Assembly: GCA_036381055.1 (NCBI GenBank)
Contig: DASVDO010000009.1
Coordinates: forward strand, 1,628 to 65,627
DNA from: Burkholderiales bacterium
GTDB taxonomy: Bacteria; Pseudomonadota; Gammaproteobacteria; Burkholderiales; SG8-39
Direction of reading: 5' to 3'
DNA length: 64,000 nt
The notes under the pieces are model-generated. The model did not search any database, was not told the DNA's origin, and worked only from the letters and a program-made list of their open reading frames with translations. This document shows, in pieces, positions 34,732-42,803 of the stretch. The first letter of the stretch is position 1; every line of letters starts with the position of its first letter. Made by a program: the position numbers and the translations under genes.

Positions 34732-36867
34732 ATGACGACGCGACGCGAGTTCCTGAAGATTTCCGCGACGGTCGGCGGCGGCCTGGCCGTCGGCTTCCAC
34801 GTGCCGTTCGCCGCGGCGCAGAAGCAGGTGCTGTCGCCCGAGATCAACGCCTGGGTGCTGGTGCGCCCGGACGACCGGGTGATCATCCGCTACGCGCGCT
34901 CCGAGATGGGCCAGGGCAGCATGACCTCGGCGGCGCAGCTCGTCGCCGAGGAGCTGGGCTGCGACTGGAAGAAGGTGCGCGTGGAGTACGTCGACACCAA
35001 CGCGCAGGTGCGCCGCAAGCGCATCTGGGGCGACATGGCCTCGGTGGGCAGCCGCACCATCCGCAACTCGCAGCAATACCTGCGCAAGGCGGGCGCGCAG
35101 GCGCGCGAGATGCTGGTGGCGGCCGCCGCGCAGCAGTGGAAGGTCGACCCGGCGCGCTGCAAGGTCGAGAACGGCGTGATCAGCGGCCCCGGCAAGCGCA
35201 GGACCACCTTCGGCGGCGTGGCCGCGGCGGCGGCGAAGCTCGCGCCGCCCGAGGACGTGAAGCTCAAGGATCCGAAGGACTGGACGATCGCCGGCAAGTC
35301 GATCGCGCGCGTCGACATCCCGGACATCGTGCGCGGGCGCATCCGCTACGGCATCGACGCGCAGCTCCCGGGCATGCGGTACGCCGCGGTGGCCCAGTGC
35401 CCGGTGTTCGGCGGGACGGTGAAATCGGTGGACGAATCGAAGATCGCCGGGCGCCGCGGCGTCGTCAAGGTGCTGAAGTTCGACGACTACGTCGCGGTGG
35501 TGGCCGACAACTGGTGGCGCGCCAAGGAGGCGCTCAAGGCGCTGCCGATCGCGTGGGACGTCGGCGCGAACGGCTCGGTGACGAGCGAGTCGATCAAGGC
35601 GTTCCTGCGCGCCGGGCTGGACGCGCAGAGCGACGTGGTGGTCGCCAAGCAGTCGGGCGACGTCGACGCGGCGTTCAAGGACGCGAAAGTGATCGAGGCG
35701 GAGTACTACACGCCCTTCCTCGCGCACTGCACGATGGAGCCGCAGGGCTGCACCGCGCTCATCAAGGGCGGGCGGGTCGACATCTGGACCTCGACCCAGA
35801 ACGCCGAGGCCTCGCACGCCGCGGCGGCGGCGACCGCCGGGGTGCCGCTGGAGAACGTCTACGTGCACCGCTCGCAGCTCGGCGGCGGCTTCGGCCGGCG
35901 CGGCGGTGCGCAGGACTTCGTGCGCCAGGGCGTGCAGATCGCGAAAGCGATGGAAGGCACGCCGGTGAAGACCCTCTGGACCCGCGAGGAGGACATGCAG
36001 CACGACTTCTACCGCCCGGTGAGCCTGGTGCGCTTCCGCGCCGCGCTCGGGCCGGACGGCAGGCCGGCGGCATGGCATTCGCGGGTCGCCGCGCCGTCGA
36101 TCATCGCCACGCTGCTCAAGCTGCCGCTCAGGCAGGGCTTCGATCCGCAGGCCATGGCGGCGATCGCCGACCAGCCCTACGAGATTCCCAACGTGCGCAT
36201 GGAGTACGCGCAGCGCAACCCGCACGTGCCGGTCGGCTTCTGGCGCACGGTGGGCCATTCGCAGAACCCGTACATGCGCGAGTCGTTCCTCGACGAGCTG
36301 GCGCACGCCGCGGGCAAGGACCCGTACGAGTACCGGCTGGCGCTGCTGCCCGAGGACTCGCGCGAGCGCAGGATCCTGCAGGCGACCGCCCGGCACGCCG
36401 GCTGGGGCAAGGCGCTGCCCAGGGGCGTGCACCGCGGCGTCGCGGTCACCGAGGCCTACGGCAGCTACACCGCGGCGGTGTGCGAGCTCTCGGTGAACGA
36501 GAAGAACCAGGTAAGCATCCGGCGGCTGGTGCTCGGCATCGATCCCGGCCACGTGGTCAACCCGGACAACATCCTCGCGCAGATGCAGGGCAGCGCGGTG
36601 TACATGCTGAGCGCGCTCTTCTGGGGCGACATCACCATCAAGGACGGGCGCGTCGAGCAGTCGAACTTCCACGACTACCGGGTGCTGCGGCTCGCCGAGA
36701 TGCCCAAGGTCGAGATGGTGCTCGCGCCGAGCGGCGGCTTCTGGGGCGGCATCGGCGAGCCCGGCCAGGCGTCGATCGCGCCCGCGGTGTGCAACGCGAT
36801 CTTCGAGGCGACCGGCCGGCGGGTGCGCTCGCTGCCGCTCGCCAAGGAGGGCTTCGAGCTGGCGTGA
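34732..36867 (+). CDS. Molybdopterin-dependent oxidoreductase large subunit, IorB-like, Tat-exported
   Basis: Twin-arginine signal MTTRREFLKISATVGGGLAVGF...AAAQ. 711 aa with IorB-type architecture (no separate FAD subunit). Confidence 0.85.
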   Translation: MTTRREFLKISATVGGGLAVGFHVPFAAAQKQVLSPEINAWVLVRPDDRVIIRYARSEMGQGSMTSAAQLVAEELGCDWKKVRVEYVDTNAQVRRKRIWGDMASVGSRTIRNSQQYLRKAGAQAREMLVAAAAQQWKVDPARCKVENGVISGPGKRRTTFGGVAAAAAKLAPPEDVKLKDPKDWTIAGKSIARVDIPDIVRGRIRYGIDAQLPGMRYAAVAQCPVFGGTVKSVDESKIAGRRGVVKVLKFDDYVAVVADNWWRAKEALKALPIAWDVGANGSVTSESIKAFLRAGLDAQSDVVVAKQSGDVDAAFKDAKVIEAEYYTPFLAHCTMEPQGCTALIKGGRVDIWTSTQNAEASHAAAAATAGVPLENVYVHRSQLGGGFGRRGGAQDFVRQGVQIAKAMEGTPVKTLWTREEDMQHDFYRPVSLVRFRAALGPDGRPAAWHSRVAAPSIIATLLKLPLRQGFDPQAMAAIADQPYEIPNVRMEYAQRNPHVPVGFWRTVGHSQNPYMRESFLDELAHAAGKDPYEYRLALLPEDSRERRILQATARHAGWGKALPRGVHRGVAVTEAYGSYTAAVCELSVNEKNQVSIRRLVLGIDPGHVVNPDNILAQMQGSAVYMLSALFWGDITIKDGRVEQSNFHDYRVLRLAEMPKVEMVLAPSGGFWGGIGEPGQASIAPAVCNAIFEATGRRVRSLPLAKEGFELA

Positions 36868-37244
36868 AGCGGCGCGGCTTTCTCGCGTTTCTCGGGTTTC
36901 TCCCGTTCGCCGCGCGCTCGGCGCCCCGGAAGGGAAGGGTCAAGCTCGAGCTCCCCGTGCTCGCCGACAACGGCAACTCGGTGGCGATGAAGGTCAGCGT
37001 CGAGAGCCCGATGACCGAGGCCGATCACGTGAAGCTGATCCGCCTGATCTCCGAGCGCAACCCCGAGCGGCAGATGGCGGTGTTCCACCTCGGGCCGCGC
37101 GCCGGCGCGGCCGAGATCAGCTCGCGCGTGCGGCTCGCCGGCAGCCAGACCGTCACCGCGATCGCCGAGATGTCCGACGGCTCGCAGTGGATGGATACGG
37201 CGCGCGTGCAGGTCACGCTGTCGGCCTGCGTGGACGAGACCTGA
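36864..37244 (+). CDS. SoxY-like carrier protein with a variant C-terminal arm (…VTLSACVDET instead of …GGCGG)
   Basis: Tat-like leader KRRGFLAFLGFL. Co-linear with SoxY (LPVLADNGNSV..V.V, NPERQMAVFHLGP, RVRLAGSQTVTAIAEMSDGS, VQVTLSAC). GTGA overlap with the iorB-like gene. Confidence 0.8.
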   Translation: MKRRGFLAFLGFLPFAARSAPRKGRVKLELPVLADNGNSVAMKVSVESPMTEADHVKLIRLISERNPERQMAVFHLGPRAGAAEISSRVRLAGSQTVTAIAEMSDGSQWMDTARVQVTLSACVDET

Positions 37245-37561
37245 TGGCGGCGCGCATCCGCCTGCCGAAGCCGGCGAAGCGCGGCGAGGTGATCCGCGTG
37301 CGCCTGCTGATCCAGCACCCGATGGAGACCGGCTATCGGCTCGACGCGAGCGGCCGCAAGGTGCCGAAGAACGCGATCCGCTCGCTCGTCTGCCGCTACA
37401 GCGGCGTCGAGGTGTTCCGCGCCGAGCTGTCGCCCGGCATCGCCGCCAACCCGTTCCTCGAGTTCCCGACGATCGCCACCGAGAGCGGCGAGCTCGAGTT
37501 CACCTGGGTCGACGACGCCGGCGTGCAGGGACGCGCCGTCGAGCCGATCACGGTCGCGTAA
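37244..37561 (+). CDS. SoxZ-like protein
   Basis: Co-linear with SoxZ: RVRLLIQHPMETGYRLDASGRKVP, NPFLEF, GELEFTWVDDAG. TGATG junction with the SoxY-like gene. Confidence 0.85.
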   Translation: MAARIRLPKPAKRGEVIRVRLLIQHPMETGYRLDASGRKVPKNAIRSLVCRYSGVEVFRAELSPGIAANPFLEFPTIATESGELEFTWVDDAGVQGRAVEPITVA

Positions 37562-37563
37562 CC

Positions 37564-37597
37564 GAATTCGGGTTTACATCACCCCGTCCCCGAATTC
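37564..37597. repeat. ATTCGGGG-family hairpin between convergent genes
   Basis: GAATTCGGG (37564-37572) / CCCGAATTC (37589-37597) with a 16-nt loop. The stop of the - strand gene (TCA 37596-37598) sits in the right arm. A degenerate second unit TTCGGGCTCCGTTCCCGA follows. Confidence 0.75.
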
Positions 37598-38675
37598 AGT
37601 TCGGGCTCCGTTCCCGAGCTTCGTCCGCCTGCCGCGTCTCGAGGGCGAAGTCGATGAGCGCGATGGCGAGGGCGAGGACGAGCGGGCCGAGGAAGATGCC
37701 GATCGGGCCGAAGGCGGCGACGCCGCCCAGCACGCCGATGAACACGGTGAGCGTGCTCACCGGCGCACGCCCCGAGACGAGCCAGGGGCGCAGGAAGTTG
37801 TCGATCGTCACCACGAAGCCGCCCCACAGCGCGAGGCCGAGCGCGGCGTAGTAGCGGCCCTGCACGGCGAGCACGATCACCGCCGGCACCCAGACCACCG
37901 GCGTGCCGGCCATCGGCACCAGCGCGAACAGCGCCGCCAGCACGCCGAACACGATCGGCGAGGGCAGGCCCGCCACCGCGAAGCCGATGGCGATCAGCAC
38001 GCCCTGCACCAGCGCGGTGACGCCGGTGCCGTAGACCATGGCGCGCAGCACCGAGGCGAGGTGGCCGAACAGGCGCGCCCGCTCCTCGCGCGACATCGGC
38101 ACCAGCTCGCGCAGCGCGGCGAACATCGCACGGCCGTCGCGGATGGCGAAGAACAGGATGAACAGCATCAGCAGGAAGCCGATCACCGTGCCCAGCGCGC
38201 CGAGGAAGGCCTTCTGCCCGAGCGAGGCGAGCGAGCCGAGGATGGTGCGCGCCACCTGCACCGCCCAGGTCTGCACCTGCGCGAGCGAGACGCCCGCGCT
38301 CTCGTCGAGCCAGGCGAGCACGGTGCCGAGCACCGGAACGTCCGCGAGGTCGGCGGCGCTCGGCGCGCGATGCTCGGCGGCGAACTGCTGCGCGTAGCGC
38401 AGGAGGTCCGCGACCTGCGCGGCGAACGCCGCGCCGAGCGCGGCCATCGGGCCGACCAGCACGACCAGCGTGAAGGCGGTGAGCAGGCCGGCCGAGGCGG
38501 TCGGCCGGCCGCTGCGGCGCACGATCCAGGCGTGCGTCGGATGCAGCAGGAAAGCGATGAAGAACGCCCAGGCGATCGGCGCGAAGAAAGGCGCGAGCAC
38601 CAGGTAGAGCAGGTAGGCGACCGCGAGCAGCGCGAGCAGCGCGAAGGTGCGCGCGTAGAACTGGGTGTCGGTCAC
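37596..38675 (-). CDS. AI-2E family transporter (PerM/YhhT-like permease)
   Basis: 359 aa, multi-TM, with conserved block FALVPMAGTPVVWVP...IDNFLRP. GTG start in a GTGA overlap. Confidence 0.85.
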   Translation of the reverse strand: MTDTQFYARTFALLALLAVAYLLYLVLAPFFAPIAWAFFIAFLLHPTHAWIVRRSGRPTASAGLLTAFTLVVLVGPMAALGAAFAAQVADLLRYAQQFAAEHRAPSAADLADVPVLGTVLAWLDESAGVSLAQVQTWAVQVARTILGSLASLGQKAFLGALGTVIGFLLMLFILFFAIRDGRAMFAALRELVPMSREERARLFGHLASVLRAMVYGTGVTALVQGVLIAIGFAVAGLPSPIVFGVLAALFALVPMAGTPVVWVPAVIVLAVQGRYYAALGLALWGGFVVTIDNFLRPWLVSGRAPVSTLTVFIGVLGGVAAFGPIGIFLGPLVLALAIALIDFALETRQADEARERSPN

Positions 38676-39493
38676 AGGCGCGCCATCTCGGCCGCCGGCA
38701 GGCGCAGCCGCGCCGCCGCGACGTTCTCCTCGAGGTGCCTGGGATCGCTCGTTCCCGGAATCGGCAGCATGGCGGGCGACTTGGTGAGCAGCCAGGCGAG
38801 CGCCACCTGCGCGGGCGTCGCCTGCATCTTCTTCGCCAGCGCCTTGACCCGGGAGGATCTCAGGGCCGCTCCGGCGCCGAGCGGGTACCAGGGCAGGAAG
38901 GCGATGCCGAGGCGCTCGCAGGCCCGGAGCACGTCCTCCGAGGAGCGGTTCTCCAGGTTGTACTCGTTCTGCACCGACACCACCGGCACGATCCGCCTCG
39001 CCTCCTCGAGCTGCGCCACGTCCACGTTCGAGACGCCGACGTGGCGGATTTTGCCTGCGCGGCGCAGCTCGGCAAGGGCGCCCACCGATTCGGCGAACGG
39101 CACCGTCGGGTCGGGGGCATGGAGCTGGTACAGGTCGATGCGCTCCAGGCGCAGCCGCTTGAGGCTGCCCTCCACCGCGCGGCGCAGGTGCTCGGGCCGG
39201 CCGTCCTCGTCCCAGCGCGAGGGCTTCGGGCGCAGCAGCCCGCCCTTGGTGGCGATGACGAGGTCGGAAGGATAGGGGTAGAGCGCCTCGGCGATCAGCT
39301 CCTCGTCGACGTACGGGCCGTACGAGTCGGCGGTGTCGAAGAAGTTGCAGCCCAGGTCGTAGGCGCGGCGCAGCACGCGCAGCGCCTGGCCGCGGTCCTT
39401 GGGCGGGCCCCAGACGCTCGGCCCGCAGACGCGCATCGCGCCGAAGCCCAGGCGGCGCACCGTCAGGTCACCAACGTTGATGTTCAGAGGCAA
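38672..39493 (-). CDS. Aldo/keto reductase
   Basis: LGFGAMR, FFDTADSYG, DLYQLHAPD, IRHVGVSN and IPGTS motifs. Confidence 0.9.
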   Translation of the reverse strand: MPLNINVGDLTVRRLGFGAMRVCGPSVWGPPKDRGQALRVLRRAYDLGCNFFDTADSYGPYVDEELIAEALYPYPSDLVIATKGGLLRPKPSRWDEDGRPEHLRRAVEGSLKRLRLERIDLYQLHAPDPTVPFAESVGALAELRRAGKIRHVGVSNVDVAQLEEARRIVPVVSVQNEYNLENRSSEDVLRACERLGIAFLPWYPLGAGAALRSSRVKALAKKMQATPAQVALAWLLTKSPAMLPIPGTSDPRHLEENVAAARLRLPAAEMARL

Positions 39494-40325
39494 GCTCCGT
39501 CAGCATGCCGGCCAGGCCGAGCGTCACGGCGGCCATGCGCTCGTAGTCCAGCTTCTCCGGCGTATCGCTCGCGCGATGATAGTGCGGGTAGCGGTTGTAG
39601 GCGGTGTCGGTCACCATCAGCGCCGGGTAGCCGTGGCGGCGGAACGACCAGTGGTCCGAGCGCGTGATGCCCGGCACGAAGGCGGGCGCGGCGAGCGACT
39701 CGCACGGGAAATCGCTGTGGCGGCGGAACAGGCGGTGCGCCCGCTTCACCAGGCGGCGCGCGCCGAAGTCGCCGACGAAGGCGATGAAGTTCGCCCGGTC
39801 CGGGTAGAACCAGCCGAGCAGCGGCGGATAGCGCTGGCTGCCCGGCTCGTCGCTGTAGCAGCCGAGCATCTCGAGCGAGAACATCGCCGCGATGCGCTCG
39901 CCCCGCTCGCGGGCGCGCCGCGCGTAGACGAAGCTGCCCATCTCCTCGCCGTGCGAGTAGGGCAGCTCCTCGTTGGCGAAGGCGACGAAGCGGATCTCCT
40001 GCTGGCGCAGGATGCCCGCCAGCTCGATCAGCGCGGCGACGCCCGAGGCGTTGTCGTCGGCGCCGGGCGAGCCGGGTACGGTGTCGTAGTGCGCGCCGAC
40101 CACGATCGCGCCTTCGCCCGCCTCGATGTTGTGCACCGTGCGGCCGGCGCTCGGGTAGCCCTGGCGGCGCGCGCGCGGGCCGAGCGCGGCCTCGATGTAG
40201 CGCGCCGGCGTCTCGAGGTCGGTGTTGCGCTCGCGCGCGGCGAGCGCCTCGACGTGGGCGCGCAGCCGCCGCGCCAGCGCGCCGCGCAGCTCGGCGTCAG
40301 GCGAGGGCTTGGTCGAGCTCGGCAA
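39468..40325 (-). CDS. M28-family zinc metallopeptidase
   Basis: GAHYDTVPGSPGADDNASGVAALIE (Zn ligands), NEE, and a DHWSF region. TTG start (uncertain). No obvious signal peptide. Confidence 0.7.
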   Translation of the reverse strand: MPSSTKPSPDAELRGALARRLRAHVEALAARERNTDLETPARYIEAALGPRARRQGYPSAGRTVHNIEAGEGAIVVGAHYDTVPGSPGADDNASGVAALIELAGILRQQEIRFVAFANEELPYSHGEEMGSFVYARRARERGERIAAMFSLEMLGCYSDEPGSQRYPPLLGWFYPDRANFIAFVGDFGARRLVKRAHRLFRRHSDFPCESLAAPAFVPGITRSDHWSFRRHGYPALMVTDTAYNRYPHYHRASDTPEKLDYERMAAVTLGLAGMLTELASEHQRW

Positions 40326-41454
40326 TCAGGTCCTCGACATCCTCGATGCCCACCGAGAGCCGGATCAGCCCGTCGCCGATGCCCAGGCCGGCGCGCACGT
40401 CCTCGGGCAGCGACGCGTGCGTCATGATCGCCGGATGCTCGACCAGGCTCTCGACGCCGCCCAGGCTCTCGGCGAGCGTGAACAGCCGGCAGCGCTCGAG
40501 GAAGCGCCGCGCCGCGGGCAGGCCGCCTTTCAGCACCGCGCTCACCATGCCGCCGTAGCGGCGGTTCATCTGCTGCGCCGCGAGGAGATGCTGCGGGTGG
40601 CTGGCGAGGCCGGGATAGATCACGCGCTCGACGTTGCGATGCGTCTGCAGCCACGCCGCGACGTGCATCGCGTTGCCGCAGTGGCGCTCCATGCGCAGCG
40701 CGAGCGTCTTGATGCCGCGCAGGGTGAGGAAGGCGTCGAACGGGCTCGGCACCGCACCCACGGCATTCTGCAGGAAGCGCAATTGCTCGCTCAACGGGCC
40801 CTCTTCCCTGACGACGACCGCGCCGCCGATCACGTCCGAGTGGCCGTTCAGGTACTTGGTGGTCGAATGCACGACCAGGTCGAAGCCGTGCTCGAGCGGC
40901 CGCTGGATCCAGGGCGAGGCGAAGGTGTTGTCGCAGACGCAAACGAGGTTTTTGCGCTTCGCGATCCCGGCGATCGCGGCGAGGTCGACGATCTTGAGCA
41001 GCGGGTTGGTCGGCGTCTCGACCCACACCATGCGCGTCTCGGGCCGGATCGCCCGCTCGAGGTTCCGCGGGTCGGTGAGGTCGACGAAGCTCGCCTTCAG
41101 GCCGGCCGAGCGCTTGCGCACCCGCTCGAGGATCCGGTAGGTGCCGCCGTACAGGTCGTGCATGCACACGACGTGCGCGCCGCTCTCCAGCGTCTCGAGC
41201 ACCGTGGCGATCGCCGCCATGCCGGAAGCGAAGGCGAACGCGCGCGCGCCGCCCTCCAGCGCCGCGAGGCAGGCTTCCAGCGCGTCGCGCGTCGGGTTGC
41301 GCGTGCGCGCGTAGTCGTAGCCGCGGTGCTCGCCCGGGCTCGACTGCGCGTAGGTCGAGCTGGCGTAGATCGGCGTCATCACCGCGCCGGTGCGCGGATC
41401 GGGCGCCTGTCCGGCGTGCACCGCCCGGGTGTCGAACTTCATCGGTCTTGCCAT
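40297..41454 (-). CDS. PLP-dependent Cys/Met-metabolism enzyme (cystathionine gamma-lyase / gamma-synthase family)
   Basis: FDTRAVHAGQ N-terminus and HSTTKYLNGHSD (PLP-Lys). ~385 aa. Alternative start ATG 41442 in an ATGA overlap with the upstream stop. Confidence 0.9.
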   Translation of the reverse strand: MARPMKFDTRAVHAGQAPDPRTGAVMTPIYASSTYAQSSPGEHRGYDYARTRNPTRDALEACLAALEGGARAFAFASGMAAIATVLETLESGAHVVCMHDLYGGTYRILERVRKRSAGLKASFVDLTDPRNLERAIRPETRMVWVETPTNPLLKIVDLAAIAGIAKRKNLVCVCDNTFASPWIQRPLEHGFDLVVHSTTKYLNGHSDVIGGAVVVREEGPLSEQLRFLQNAVGAVPSPFDAFLTLRGIKTLALRMERHCGNAMHVAAWLQTHRNVERVIYPGLASHPQHLLAAQQMNRRYGGMVSAVLKGGLPAARRFLERCRLFTLAESLGGVESLVEHPAIMTHASLPEDVRAGLGIGDGLIRLSVGIEDVEDLIAELDQALA

Positions 41455-42803
41455 CGGCGTCTCAGCCAGTTGAGAAGGTCGATGCGCGTGATCAGGCCGA
41501 GGAACTCGTCGCCGTCGACCACGATCGCCACCATGCCGCGCTTGAAGATGTCCATCAGCTCGTCGAGCGGGGCGCCCGGCGGCACGGTGACCAGCTGGCG
41601 CGTCATCGCCTCGGTCACCGGCTCGGCGAAATGCTCCGGATTGTCGTACACCTCGGCGAGAATGTCCTCCTCGTCGACGATGCCGACGATGCGGCCCTGC
41701 GCGAGCACCGGGAGCTGCGACACGTCGTAGAGTTTCATGCGCTGGTAGGCGGCGAGCACCGGCTCGGTCGCGTCCACCGTCGCCACCGAGCGCTCGGCGT
41801 AGGGGCGGCTGATCAGGTCGCGCAGGTCGCCCCGGCGCGGCCGCTCGAGCAGCCCCTGGTCCTGCATCCAGAAGTCGTTGTAGACCTTGGAAAGATACTT
41901 GTTGCCGCTGTCGCAGGCGAAGGTCACCACGCGCTTCGCCGCGCCGCTTTCCCGGCAGTAGCGCAGCGCCGCGGCGAGCAGCGTGCCGGTGGAGGTGCCG
42001 GCGAGGATGCCTTCGGCGCGCAGCAGCTCCCGGCAGGCGAGCAGCGACTCGCGGTCCGGGATGCTGTAGGCCTTCTTCACGCGCGACAGGTCGCAGACCG
42101 GCGGCACGAAGTCCTCGCCGATGCCTTCGACGAGCCAGCTCCCGACCTGCTCGGGCTTGCGTCCGGTGCGCACCAGCGGCGCGAGCACCGAGCCCTCGGG
42201 ATCGGCGAGCACCATCTCGCAATCCGGCGCGACGCGCGCGAAGAAGCGCGACAGGCCGGTCAGCGTGCCGCCGGTGCCGACGCCGCACACCACCGCGTCG
42301 ACGCGGCCCTGCATCTGCTCCCAGATCTCGGGCCCGGTGGTGCGCTCGTGCGCGAGCGGGTTCGCCTCGTTGGCGAACTGGTTCACGTAGAAGGCGCCCG
42401 GCGTGGCGGCGGCGATCGCCGCCGCGCGGTCCTGGTAGTAGTCGGGGTGGCCCTTGGTGACGTCGGAGCGCGTGAGCAGCACCTCGGCGCCGAGCGCCTT
42501 CAGGTGGAAGATCTTCTCCTGGCTCATCTTGTCCGGGACGACGATCAGCACGCGATAGCCCTTCTGCCCGGCGACCAGCGCGAGGCCGAGCCCGGTGTTG
42601 CCGGCGGTCGCTTCCACCAGCAGCCCGCCCGGCGCGAGGCGCCCGTCGCGCTCGGCGGCCTCGATCATCGCGAGCGCGATGCGGTCCTTGATCGAGCCGC
42701 CGGGGTTCTGGCTTTCCAGCTTCAGGAACAGGCGCGAGCGGCCGGTGTCGAGCCGCGTGACCTCGACGAGCGGCGTGCGGCCGACGAGGTCGAGGATGCT
42801 CAG
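41439..42803 (-). CDS. Cystathionine beta-synthase-type PLP enzyme with a C-terminal CBS-domain pair; apparently a non-canonical (CTG) start
   Basis: GRTPLV...ESQNPGGSIKDR (PLP-Lys) and TAGNTGLGLA, then two CBS domains. No ATG/GTG/TTG lies upstream of the PLP lysine in frame. CTG 42803-42801 overlaps the upstream stop (CTGA). Confidence 0.75.
   Translation of the reverse strand: MSILDLVGRTPLVEVTRLDTGRSRLFLKLESQNPGGSIKDRIALAMIEAAERDGRLAPGGLLVEATAGNTGLGLALVAGQKGYRVLIVVPDKMSQEKIFHLKALGAEVLLTRSDVTKGHPDYYQDRAAAIAAATPGAFYVNQFANEANPLAHERTTGPEIWEQMQGRVDAVVCGVGTGGTLTGLSRFFARVAPDCEMVLADPEGSVLAPLVRTGRKPEQVGSWLVEGIGEDFVPPVCDLSRVKKAYSIPDRESLLACRELLRAEGILAGTSTGTLLAAALRYCRESGAAKRVVTFACDSGNKYLSKVYNDFWMQDQGLLERPRRGDLRDLISRPYAERSVATVDATEPVLAAYQRMKLYDVSQLPVLAQGRIVGIVDEEDILAEVYDNPEHFAEPVTEAMTRQLVTVPPGAPLDELMDIFKRGMVAIVVDGDEFLGLITRIDLLNWLRRRWQDR

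Noticed and set aside
29512-36672. A 2386-aa ORF on the minus strand. Similar long ORFs occur at 2367-4874, 12380-15238, 5196-6476, 25371-27491 and elsewhere.
   Set aside because: They are Arg/Ala/Gly/His-rich with no recognisable motifs. They run antisense to, or out of frame with, genes that carry clear family signatures (RND, MFS, IorAB, porin, EutA-like). These are typical stop-codon-poor shadow frames of ~70% GC DNA.
36864-37561. A canonical thiosulfate-oxidation SoxYZ pair.
   Set aside because: The SoxY-like protein lacks the invariant GGCGG C-terminus (it ends SACVDET). It is coupled to iorAB-like genes rather than to soxAXB/CD, so I call it SoxY-like only.
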